From positions 11,135 through 75,134 of the forward strand of contig JACPSW010000086.1 in the NCBI GenBank assembly GCA_016193045.1: DNA of 64,000 nt, in the 5' to 3' direction. Below are positions 47,513 to 54,972 of the stretch, in pieces. This DNA comes from Candidatus Rokuibacteriota bacterium (lineage in GTDB: Bacteria > Methylomirabilota > Methylomirabilia > Rokubacteriales > CSP1-6). The notes under the pieces are model-generated. The model was not told the origin of the DNA, made no database searches, and saw only the letters and a list, made by a program, of their open reading frames with translations. Position 1 is the stretch's first letter; the number at the start of each line of letters is the position of its first letter. The position numbers and the translations under genes are program-made.

Positions 47513-48718
47513 TTGTTCCCCGACCACTCCCGAGACGAGGCGTTCCTGGCTTCCGCGGCCCGCGCCTTCCTGAACGAGGAGCCCCCCAGAGAGACGCTCG
47601 GGTCCGCCGCGCACTCGCTCGATTGGGGCTGGATCCTCAGCCGGGCCGAAGATGAACGGCTCGCCCCCCTCCTCTATGCGGTCGTTCGCTCCCTCCCCGT
47701 TCCCGGCACCGTCCTCGAGCGTCTCCGCGCCGCCTGGGTCAACGGCCGCCGCCAGCACCTGGCCGGGGCCGAGCAGCTCTCCGAGGTCCTCTCCGCCTTC
47801 GAGCGCGAGGGACTGGCGGTCCTGGCGCTGAAGGGCCCGGTCCTGGGCGAGAGCCTCTACCGGGATCCGGGGCTCCGTTCCTTCACCGACCTGGACCTCC
47901 TCATCCACGCCGCCGACGTTCCCCGCGCCGTGTCGCTGCTCGCGGCGCTGGGCTATTGCGACCAGGACCCCGAGCACTCGCTCCCGTACAAGCTGGCCTG
48001 GCGGCATTCGGCTTCCTTTGCCGGTGCCGGGAGCCGGGGGGACCGCCTTCCCGTCGATCTGCACTGGGGGCTGTTGGAATCGCCCGGCATCGCGCCGGCG
48101 CCGCCGATCGGCCTCAAGGAGATCTGGGATCGGGCGGTCAAGCTTGAGGGATGGGATCGTTCCGCGCGAGGGCTCTGCCCCGAGGATCTGCTCATCTACC
48201 TGGCGGCCCACTGGGCGGTTCACCACGCGTTCTCGGGTTTCCTCTGGGGGCTGGACCTGGCCCTGCTACTGCGCCGCTGCGGAGGCGCTCTGGACTGGGA
48301 GGGCGTGGCTGAGCGCGGCAAGCGCTGGGGAGTGCGCGGGGCGCTCTACCACGCGCTGCAGGAGATTCAGGCGGGATTCGCCGTGGGGCCTCCGCCTGGA
48401 TTCCTGGCCGGGCTCCGGCCGGGGGGGCTGCGCCGCTGGCTGCTCGAATGGCTCCGCCACCGAAGGGGCGACCGGCTGGAGCGGCTCGACTACCTCATTC
48501 CCGTCCTCCTGATGGACAGGGGATCGGACGTGTTCCGGGCCCTGTCGAGCGCCGCGCTACCCGCAGGTGGCTGGGCGCGCTTCCGCTACGGGAAGCGGTC
48601 CCTGCTCGGGGCGTACCTGGCCCATTACAGGAGGGCTGGAAGAGTCTGCCTCAGGACTGCTCGCGCCGCTTTCCCGCTCACCGTCCCTCTCCCCCGCTGG
48701 GGGAGAGGACAAAGGTGA
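47513..48718 (+). CDS. Uncharacterised nucleotidyltransferase-family protein (PF14907-like)
   Basis: ...LAVLALKGPVLGESLYRDPGLRSFTDLDLLIHAADVPRAVSLLAALGY matches the minimal NTase fold G[SG]...D.D. A TTG/GTG start lies just after the rSAM stop. Its stop codon falls inside a REP-like repeat. Confidence 0.55.
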   Translation: MFPDHSRDEAFLASAARAFLNEEPPRETLGSAAHSLDWGWILSRAEDERLAPLLYAVVRSLPVPGTVLERLRAAWVNGRRQHLAGAEQLSEVLSAFEREGLAVLALKGPVLGESLYRDPGLRSFTDLDLLIHAADVPRAVSLLAALGYCDQDPEHSLPYKLAWRHSASFAGAGSRGDRLPVDLHWGLLESPGIAPAPPIGLKEIWDRAVKLEGWDRSARGLCPEDLLIYLAAHWAVHHAFSGFLWGLDLALLLRRCGGALDWEGVAERGKRWGVRGALYHALQEIQAGFAVGPPPGFLAGLRPGGLRRWLLEWLRHRRGDRLERLDYLIPVLLMDRGSDVFRALSSAALPAGGWARFRYGKRSLLGAYLAHYRRAGRVCLRTARAAFPLTVPLPRWGRGQR

Positions 48719-48724
48719 GGGGGG
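48677..48724. repeat. REP-like nested palindromic repeat (variant copy)
   Basis: CTCACCGTCCCTCTCCCCCGCTGGGGGAGAGGACAAAGGTGAGGGGGG has the same inner CTCTCCCCC-N3-GGGGGAGAG stem and GGTGAGGGGG right arm as 9479-9530. Confidence 0.4.
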
Positions 48725-49060
48725 CTACGTAAAACGGGAGCGGGCGGCAGCCTCGTCGTCGTAAATCTCGAAGAACTTGTTCAGGCGGGTGAGCTCCAGG
48801 ACCATCCGCACGTCCTTGGTCATCCCGCAGAGCGCCAGCCGCCCGCCTCCCTTCAACGCCTCCCGGCGCGCGGCCATCAGGATGCCGAGCCCCGAGCTGT
48901 CGATGTAGGTGGCGCCCGCCAGGTTGACGACGATCTGCGGGGAGGCGGCCTTCGCGAGGTCGCCGAGGGTATCCCGGATGCGGGCGACGGCGTTCACGTC
49001 GATCTCGCCGACCATGTCCACGATGACCAAGTTCGACTCCCGGCGGACGGCGATCTCCAT
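48725..49060 (-). CDS. STAS-domain anti-sigma-factor antagonist (SpoIIAA-like)
   Basis: ...LAGATYIDSSGLGILMAA... carries the conserved phosphorylatable Ser. Confidence 0.75.
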   Translation of the reverse strand: MEIAVRRESNLVIVDMVGEIDVNAVARIRDTLGDLAKAASPQIVVNLAGATYIDSSGLGILMAARREALKGGGRLALCGMTKDVRMVLELTRLNKFFEIYDDEAAARSRFT

Positions 49061-49067
49061 GGGCCCC

Positions 49068-50240
49068 TCAGCGCGCCTTCCGGGCGTCGTCCCCGGGCAT
49101 CTCGGCGATCTTCACCGTGACGTCCAGCGGCTGCTTCTTCCGGAGCACGCCGAGCATCACGCTCTTTCCCACCTCGGACTCGGCCACCAGCCGCTGGAGG
49201 TGGTGGTAGTCGTCCACCGGGGTTCGGTCGAAGGCGAGGATGAGGTCGCCCTGCTGGAGACCCGCGTCGGCGGCGGGGCTCTTCGGGTAGGTCGAGGCGA
49301 CCACCGCGCCGGCCGTGCCCGTGGCGCCGAGCGACTGAGCCAGCTCGGGCGTGAGGGGCTGCACGGCCACCCCCAGCCAGCCCCGGACGACCTTGCCCTT
49401 GGCGATGAGCTGGTTGGCCACCCGCTTGACCATGTTGATGGGAATCGCGAACCCGATCCCCTGGCCGGCCGCCACGATGGCGGTGTTGATCCCCACGACC
49501 TCCCCCTTCAGGTTCAGCAGCGGGCCGCCCGAGTTGCCCGGGTTGATGGAGGCGTCGGTCTGGATGAAGTTCTCGTAGGTCGCGATCCCGACGTCGGCCC
49601 GGCCGGTGGCGCTGATCACCCCGACCGTGACGGTCTGGTCCAGGCCGAAGGGGTTGCCGATGGCGATGGCCCACTCGCCCACCTTGAGCGTATCGGAGTT
49701 CCCCAGCCGGGCGACGGTGATCTCGGAATCCGGCTGGAACCGGACGACGGCCAGGTCGGTCTTCGGGTCATGGCCGACGACGCGGCCGCGGTATTCCTTC
49801 TTCGAGGAGAGGCGGACGGTGATCTCATCGGCCCCCTTGACCACGTGGAAGTTGGTCAGGACGAGCCCCTGCTTGTCGATGATGACTCCGGAGCCGAGGC
49901 TCGGCTGCTTGAACTCGCCCCGCGGCCCCTGCCCCCCGCCGAAAAACTGCTCGAAGAAGTCCTTGAAGAGCGGGTCATCGCTGAACGGGCCGGGCGTGAG
50001 GGGGCGCCGCCCCTTGGCGAGGGTGACGGTCCCGATGTTGACCACGGCGGGGCGGACCTGGTCGGCGACCTGGGTGAAGGCCTGCTGGAGGGCTTCGGGG
50101 GTGGCCAGACCGCCGGGCAGGGGGGCCGGGCGGCTGCCGGAGGAGACCCCGTTCAGCGCCGCGTTCAGTCCGAACCCCACCCCGAGCGAGGCCAGAACCA
50201 GGAGCGTGACCAGGACCCCAGTTCGCATCGGAGAAGTCAT
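49068..50240 (-). CDS. HtrA/DegP-family periplasmic serine protease (trypsin-like + PDZ)
   Basis: The catalytic triad context is TNFHVV (H), ...DLAV (D) and GNSGGPL (S). A C-terminal PDZ domain and an N-terminal TM/signal region are present. Confidence 0.85.
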   Translation of the reverse strand: MTSPMRTGVLVTLLVLASLGVGFGLNAALNGVSSGSRPAPLPGGLATPEALQQAFTQVADQVRPAVVNIGTVTLAKGRRPLTPGPFSDDPLFKDFFEQFFGGGQGPRGEFKQPSLGSGVIIDKQGLVLTNFHVVKGADEITVRLSSKKEYRGRVVGHDPKTDLAVVRFQPDSEITVARLGNSDTLKVGEWAIAIGNPFGLDQTVTVGVISATGRADVGIATYENFIQTDASINPGNSGGPLLNLKGEVVGINTAIVAAGQGIGFAIPINMVKRVANQLIAKGKVVRGWLGVAVQPLTPELAQSLGATGTAGAVVASTYPKSPAADAGLQQGDLILAFDRTPVDDYHHLQRLVAESEVGKSVMLGVLRKKQPLDVTVKIAEMPGDDARKAR

Positions 50241-50560
50241 ATGCCCGGGCCTCGGAGCGTGAGCCGATGATACCGGCGGGGGGGAGGAGTGTCAAGGAAA
50301 CTGTTGTAACTAGGGTTCTTTTTCCTTGACTGACGTCGACTTACTACGAGACAATTTGCCCGGATTTTTGGCCTAGTTTATGTCGGGTCCTTGCTAAGTT
50401 TCCTGATCTCGGAATCGGTTGAACTTGGCCCATAAACCTTGGCCAAACTGACGACTCGGAGTGTCCACGGGCCATCACCCCGGGAAATCGTGGATCTACC
50501 CGTTGAAGCAAAAGTATTCGAAAAACATGAAGTTCGTGCCATCCTGTGCATGGGAGAAGC

Positions 50561-50576
50561 TGGCACGGCACGTGCT
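50561..50576 (+). promoter_or_regulatory. Weak sigma-54-like promoter candidate upstream of the EPS locus
   Basis: cTGGCACggcacGTGCT has correct GG/GC spacing, but the -12 element reads GTGC instead of TTGC. Confidence 0.25.
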
Positions 50577-50641
50577 CTCTCCCGGGAGTTTAGAGGGACA
50601 GACGGGAACTCTAAGGCCATTTCGTCGGGGAGCGAGAAAGC

Positions 50642-50860
50642 TTGGACGAAGTCATCACCCCTTCCCAAGTAGCAGCCCTTCTCAAGATTCACGTAAAAAC
50701 CGTCTATCGGCTCGCTGAGGCGGGGGCGATACCCGGAAACAAGTTCGGGCGCAACTGGCGCTTTAGCAAAAAGATCATTCTGAAGCTCGTGGCAGGGACG
50801 CCCAATTTGCGCATAGGCGCTGAGAACCCAGGACGGACAGAAGGAGCGAAGTCCTCTTGA
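50642..50860 (+). CDS. Small excisionase/MerR-type helix-turn-helix DNA-binding protein
   Basis: PSQVAALLKIHVKTVYRLAEAGAIPGNKFGRNWRF is the excisionase-family HTH pattern. Its ATGA overlaps the wza-like start. Confidence 0.55.
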   Translation: MDEVITPSQVAALLKIHVKTVYRLAEAGAIPGNKFGRNWRFSKKIILKLVAGTPNLRIGAENPGRTEGAKSS

Positions 50861-52443
50861 TGGGTTGCGGCGGGTTCGCTCGACTGGTTTTTCTGCGCAG
50901 CCGGGGAGTTCTCTGCTGGAGCCTGGTCCTCACTCTCGCGTTCCCCCCTTCGCTCTGGGCCCAGGCCCCCTCCCCAGGCGCGCCGACTGCGCTCCCGGCT
51001 GCTCCGCCGGCCGCCGCCCCGCCCGCGCAGACGCGCTTCATGCTGGGTCCCGATTACCGCCTGGGCCCCGGTGACACGGTGGAGGTGATCATCGCGGGCC
51101 GGCTGGACATCGCGCGCCAGGTCCTGGTGGTGACGCCCGAGGGCAACCTCCACCTCCCGCCGATGGGCACCATCCCCGTCGCCGGGCTCACCGTGGCGGA
51201 GGCGCGGAAAGAACTCGTCCGGCGGGCCCAGCCGCTCTTCAAGTTCTTCGACCTGACCTTCACCGTGCTGATCGCCCGCGCCTTCGAGGTCACGGTCTCG
51301 GGAGAGGTGGAGCGGCCGGGAACCTACGCCGTGACCGCCACGGACCGGCTCGTCCAGGTGATCACCGCCGCCGGCGGGGTCACGCCCCGCGGATCGCTCC
51401 GGAACGTGGCCCTGCTGCGTGCGGGAACGGCGGAGCGCACGGCGGACCTCTTGCGCTTCGCCCTGCGCGGGGACCTGTCCCACAACCCGTACATGAGCGA
51501 GGGGCTGGCGGTCCACGTGCCGCCCCGCGGTCCCTCGGTCAGCCTGCTGGGAAGCGTGGCGCGCCCCGGCGACTACGAGATCGGGGAGGAGAGGACTCTG
51601 GCGACCCTTCTCGCTCTGACCGGAGGGCTTGCCTACCAGGCGGCGCTGGGCGAAGCGCGGCTCACGCGGGTCGGTCCCGACAACAAGAAGGAGACCGGCG
51701 CCCTGGATCTCGCGCGGGCGCTGGCCCCCGGCGCCCCGGACGTGGAGCTCCGGGGCGGGGACGTGCTGTTCGTGCCTCCGATCGCCGTGCTTCAGGACGT
51801 GGTGGAGGTGCGCGGCGCGTTCCTCGGGACCGGGGCGGACCCGGGCAAGACCACGACCGTCGGCAAGCAGACGCTCGTGGCGCGGATTGAGCTGGCCTCG
51901 GGCGACCGCGTCAAGGACGTCGTCGTGAAGGCCGGCGGGGTGGCGCCGTACGCCAACTTCCGGCGGGCCTTCGTGGAGCGCGGCGGGGTCAGTGGCCCGC
52001 CGCAGACCATCCCCGTGGACCTCCAGCGGCTCCTCGTGGAAAAGGACGAGAGCCAGAACCTCGCGCTCCTGAACGGGGATGTGTTCGTCGTCCCGGTCGT
52101 CGAGGACAAGGTCTACGTCGTCGGAAACGTGCGGGCCCCGGGGGCCTTCGATCACCGGCCATTCTACTCCCCCAAGGACTACATCCTCCTGGCGGGCGGC
52201 CCGGATCGCCGCGCCAAGATGGGGGCGGCCACCGTCACGCTCCCCAGCGGCAAGGTGTACAAGCTCGAGGAGGCGCCGCCGCTGGAGCCCGGGGCCGTGG
52301 TGCAGGTGCCGGAGGTGCTGTTGAAGTGGTGGGAGGATTACCTCCTGATTGCCTCCGCGGTCGCCAGCATCGCGACCGCCTATACGGGGCTCTACATCCT
52401 GTTCAAGGGGCCGATCTTCGTGCCGGCCGGCGGCGACCGGTAA
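50857..52443 (+). CDS. Polysaccharide export outer-membrane protein (Wza-like: Poly_export + SLBB domains)
   Basis: YRLGPGDTVEVII...PEGNLHLPPMGTIPVAGLTVAEARKEL is the Poly_export motif. Repeated SLBB-like units and a C-terminal TM helix follow. Confidence 0.8.
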   Translation: MMGCGGFARLVFLRSRGVLCWSLVLTLAFPPSLWAQAPSPGAPTALPAAPPAAAPPAQTRFMLGPDYRLGPGDTVEVIIAGRLDIARQVLVVTPEGNLHLPPMGTIPVAGLTVAEARKELVRRAQPLFKFFDLTFTVLIARAFEVTVSGEVERPGTYAVTATDRLVQVITAAGGVTPRGSLRNVALLRAGTAERTADLLRFALRGDLSHNPYMSEGLAVHVPPRGPSVSLLGSVARPGDYEIGEERTLATLLALTGGLAYQAALGEARLTRVGPDNKKETGALDLARALAPGAPDVELRGGDVLFVPPIAVLQDVVEVRGAFLGTGADPGKTTTVGKQTLVARIELASGDRVKDVVVKAGGVAPYANFRRAFVERGGVSGPPQTIPVDLQRLLVEKDESQNLALLNGDVFVVPVVEDKVYVVGNVRAPGAFDHRPFYSPKDYILLAGGPDRRAKMGAATVTLPSGKVYKLEEAPPLEPGAVVQVPEVLLKWWEDYLLIASAVASIATAYTGLYILFKGPIFVPAGGDR

Positions 52444-52457
52444 GGAAGGAGGGGGGC

Positions 52458-53264
52458 GTGTACGAGGCCTACTGGGAGCTGAGCGAACCCCCGTTCGACA
52501 ACTCCCCCAATCCCAAGTTCCTCTACCTGTCGCCCGAGCACGAGGAGGCGCTCATCCGCATGGTGTACGCGGTGAAGCACCGCAAGGGCGCGGCGATGCT
52601 CACGGGCGAGTACGGCTGCGGCAAGACCACGCTGTCGCGGGCGCTCCTCCAGCGCCTCGAGACGGAGCGGTACGAGGTGGGCCTCCTGACCAACCCCTCC
52701 TGGAACGCCATCGATTTTCTTCGGGAGATCCTCTACCAGATGGGCGTGGACACCCCGGAGAAGGGGAAGGTGGAGCTGCTGCGCACGCTCAACGACCTCT
52801 TCTACCGGAACTTCAAGGCGGGCCGGGACAACGTCCTCATCGTGGACGAAGCCCAGCTCATCGAGGGCGATGCCATCTTCGAGGAGATCCGCCTCCTGCT
52901 GAACTTTCAGCTCGACGACCGCTTCCTGGTGACGCTGCTGCTGATCGGGTCCCCCGAGCTGCGGGACAAGGTCCGCCGGATTCGCCACCTGGACCAGCGG
53001 ATCACCGTCCGGTACCATCTGAACACGCTGGACGATCAACACACCGCCAACTACATCGCGCACCGGCTCAAGATGGCGGGCCAGCCCCGGCGCATCTTCA
53101 CCGACGAAGCGGTGCGGTTGATCTTCGACTTCACCCGCGGGACGCCGCGGGAGATCAACAACCTCTGTGATATCTCGCTCCTCATCGGCTACTCCAAGCG
53201 GGTCCGGGAGATCGACGAGAAGATCGTTGCGGAGGTGATCAAGGACACCGTGGGAGTGGTGTGA
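52458..53264 (+). CDS. ExeA-like AAA ATPase (secretion/EPS-associated)
   Basis: FLYLSPEHEEAL...MLTGEYGCGKTTL...LIVDEAQL. The start is GTG 52458; the supplied ORF over-extends 5'. Confidence 0.7.
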   Translation: MYEAYWELSEPPFDNSPNPKFLYLSPEHEEALIRMVYAVKHRKGAAMLTGEYGCGKTTLSRALLQRLETERYEVGLLTNPSWNAIDFLREILYQMGVDTPEKGKVELLRTLNDLFYRNFKAGRDNVLIVDEAQLIEGDAIFEEIRLLLNFQLDDRFLVTLLLIGSPELRDKVRRIRHLDQRITVRYHLNTLDDQHTANYIAHRLKMAGQPRRIFTDEAVRLIFDFTRGTPREINNLCDISLLIGYSKRVREIDEKIVAEVIKDTVGVV

Positions 53265-53329
53265 ATGCTGCGTGGCGCGGCCCGCGCGCCGGGCGTGGTG
53301 GCATGAGAGGAGGGCGCTGGTTGGTTAGG

Positions 53330-54394
53330 ATGAGCGATCTGGTTCGGGGCATTCACCGGGAGGGCGCCGAGCCCCCGGCCCGCGAGGCCCCGCCAGCCGC
53401 CCGCCCTCCCGCGAGCGCGGCCCCGCCGGCCCAGGCGCCGCCGCGGGTCCGGTTCCCGACGGAGCCTCTCCCAGCGCCGCCGGCAAAGGAGCCGACCCCA
53501 TCCGCGGAGGCTCCCCCCGCCGAAGGGGAGGGGGCCGCCGGGTCCGAGCAGCTCTTCACCGAGCTCCTGGCGTTCGTCGGCCGGCTCCCCGGCCTGGCCC
53601 GCGAGGGTCGCGAATTCCCGTGGGGATGGTTGCAGCGCCTCCTGGAGCGCGTGATCCGCTCGCTCGAGGAGTCGGCGGACCTCTTCTGGCTGGCCAACAA
53701 CCCCCCCTCGGCCGGGGCGGAGTACCTGGTGGCCCACATGACGTCCGTCGGCATTCTCTCGATGCAGATCGGCAGAGGGCTCGGCTACGACCGGGAGCGG
53801 CTCCTGGATCTCGGGATGGCCGCGTTTGTCTTCGACATCGGGATCGCCAGCCTGCCCGCCGGCGCGGACCCGGCCGCGTCTCAGACGCACGCCCAGCTCT
53901 CGGCCGAGATCGTGCGCCGCTGGGCGCCGCCGCGGGTCGGCGTCGTCGAGGCCGTGCTCCAGCATCACGAGCGCGAGAACGGCCGGGGGTTCCCCCAGCG
54001 CCTGACGGGTGGGGCCATTCATCCCAACGCCAAGATCATCGGCCTCATGGATGTCTACACGGCGCTGATCTTTCCCCGTCCGCCGGCGCCGCGCGTGCAG
54101 CCCTATCAGGCGGTCCGTCAGATCGTGAGCTCCAAGCACGAGGACTTCGCCACGCCGCTCATCAAGGCGCTCCTGGCCGAGATCTCCGTGTTCCCGCCCC
54201 GGACCGTCGTGAGGCTCAACACCGGGGAGGTGGGGCGGGTGATCGCCGTCAACCGCGACCACCCCCTGCGGCCGAAGGTCGAGATCGTGGCCGATTCGAA
54301 GGGGAACCCGCTGCCCACGCCGAAGATCCTCGATCTTTCGGAGGCGCCCTTCATCTACGTGACGGGACCGGTGCAGGAGGAAGGGCGGAGATGA
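53330..54394 (+). CDS. HD-GYP-like domain protein with a degenerate metal-binding motif
   Basis: HHERENGRGFP corresponds to the HHExxDGxGYP motif, and the upstream HD is replaced by FD (AAFVFDIGI). The N-terminus is Pro/Ala-rich. Confidence 0.55.
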   Translation: MSDLVRGIHREGAEPPAREAPPAARPPASAAPPAQAPPRVRFPTEPLPAPPAKEPTPSAEAPPAEGEGAAGSEQLFTELLAFVGRLPGLAREGREFPWGWLQRLLERVIRSLEESADLFWLANNPPSAGAEYLVAHMTSVGILSMQIGRGLGYDRERLLDLGMAAFVFDIGIASLPAGADPAASQTHAQLSAEIVRRWAPPRVGVVEAVLQHHERENGRGFPQRLTGGAIHPNAKIIGLMDVYTALIFPRPPAPRVQPYQAVRQIVSSKHEDFATPLIKALLAEISVFPPRTVVRLNTGEVGRVIAVNRDHPLRPKVEIVADSKGNPLPTPKILDLSEAPFIYVTGPVQEEGRR

Positions 54395-54963
54395 CCCTTT
54401 CCATTCGTCCCCTGGCGCTGACGGACCGCGAGGAACTGGCCGCCCTGGTGGAGGCGAATCTCTCCGCCCTCGAAGGGGGGCTGTCCGTCCTGGAGCGGCG
54501 TTTCCCCGCCGGCCAGGTGCCCGTGGACCTGGTGGCCGTGGACGCGCGCGAGCGGCTCGTCCTCGTGATCCTGGGCTCGGGCTCCAATCCCGCCATGCTG
54601 CTCCAGAGCCTGGAGGCCTATGCCTGGTGCCGCGAGAACGGGGCGCTGCTCGGGCGTCTCCTTCCGGGCGTCCGGATCGACCCGGCCGCCCCGCCCCGGC
54701 TCTTCCTGCTGGCCCCGCGCTTCTCGGACAGCCTGCGACGCACGGCCCGCTACCTGGGCCCGCTCTCTCCCGTGCTCGTCGAATGCCGCTGCCTCGAGGT
54801 CAACGGCGAGCGCGGGATCTGTTTCGAGCCGGTGGAGGGGGACGTGGAGGCCGCGGCGCCGCCCGAGCCGGTCCCGCCGGCGCCGGGCGATGGCCCGCGC
54901 GAACGCGTCAAGCAGCTGGTGAGCCACCTGGAGCGCCTGAGCTTCGGGGAAGCGTTCCGGTGA
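54391..54963 (+). CDS. Hypothetical protein (190 aa)
   Basis: The ORF is co-directional and tightly packed (ATGA overlap) within the EPS locus. No motif is recognised. Confidence 0.35.
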   Translation: MTLSIRPLALTDREELAALVEANLSALEGGLSVLERRFPAGQVPVDLVAVDARERLVLVILGSGSNPAMLLQSLEAYAWCRENGALLGRLLPGVRIDPAAPPRLFLLAPRFSDSLRRTARYLGPLSPVLVECRCLEVNGERGICFEPVEGDVEAAAPPEPVPPAPGDGPRERVKQLVSHLERLSFGEAFR

Positions 54964-54972
54964 TCTAAGGCT

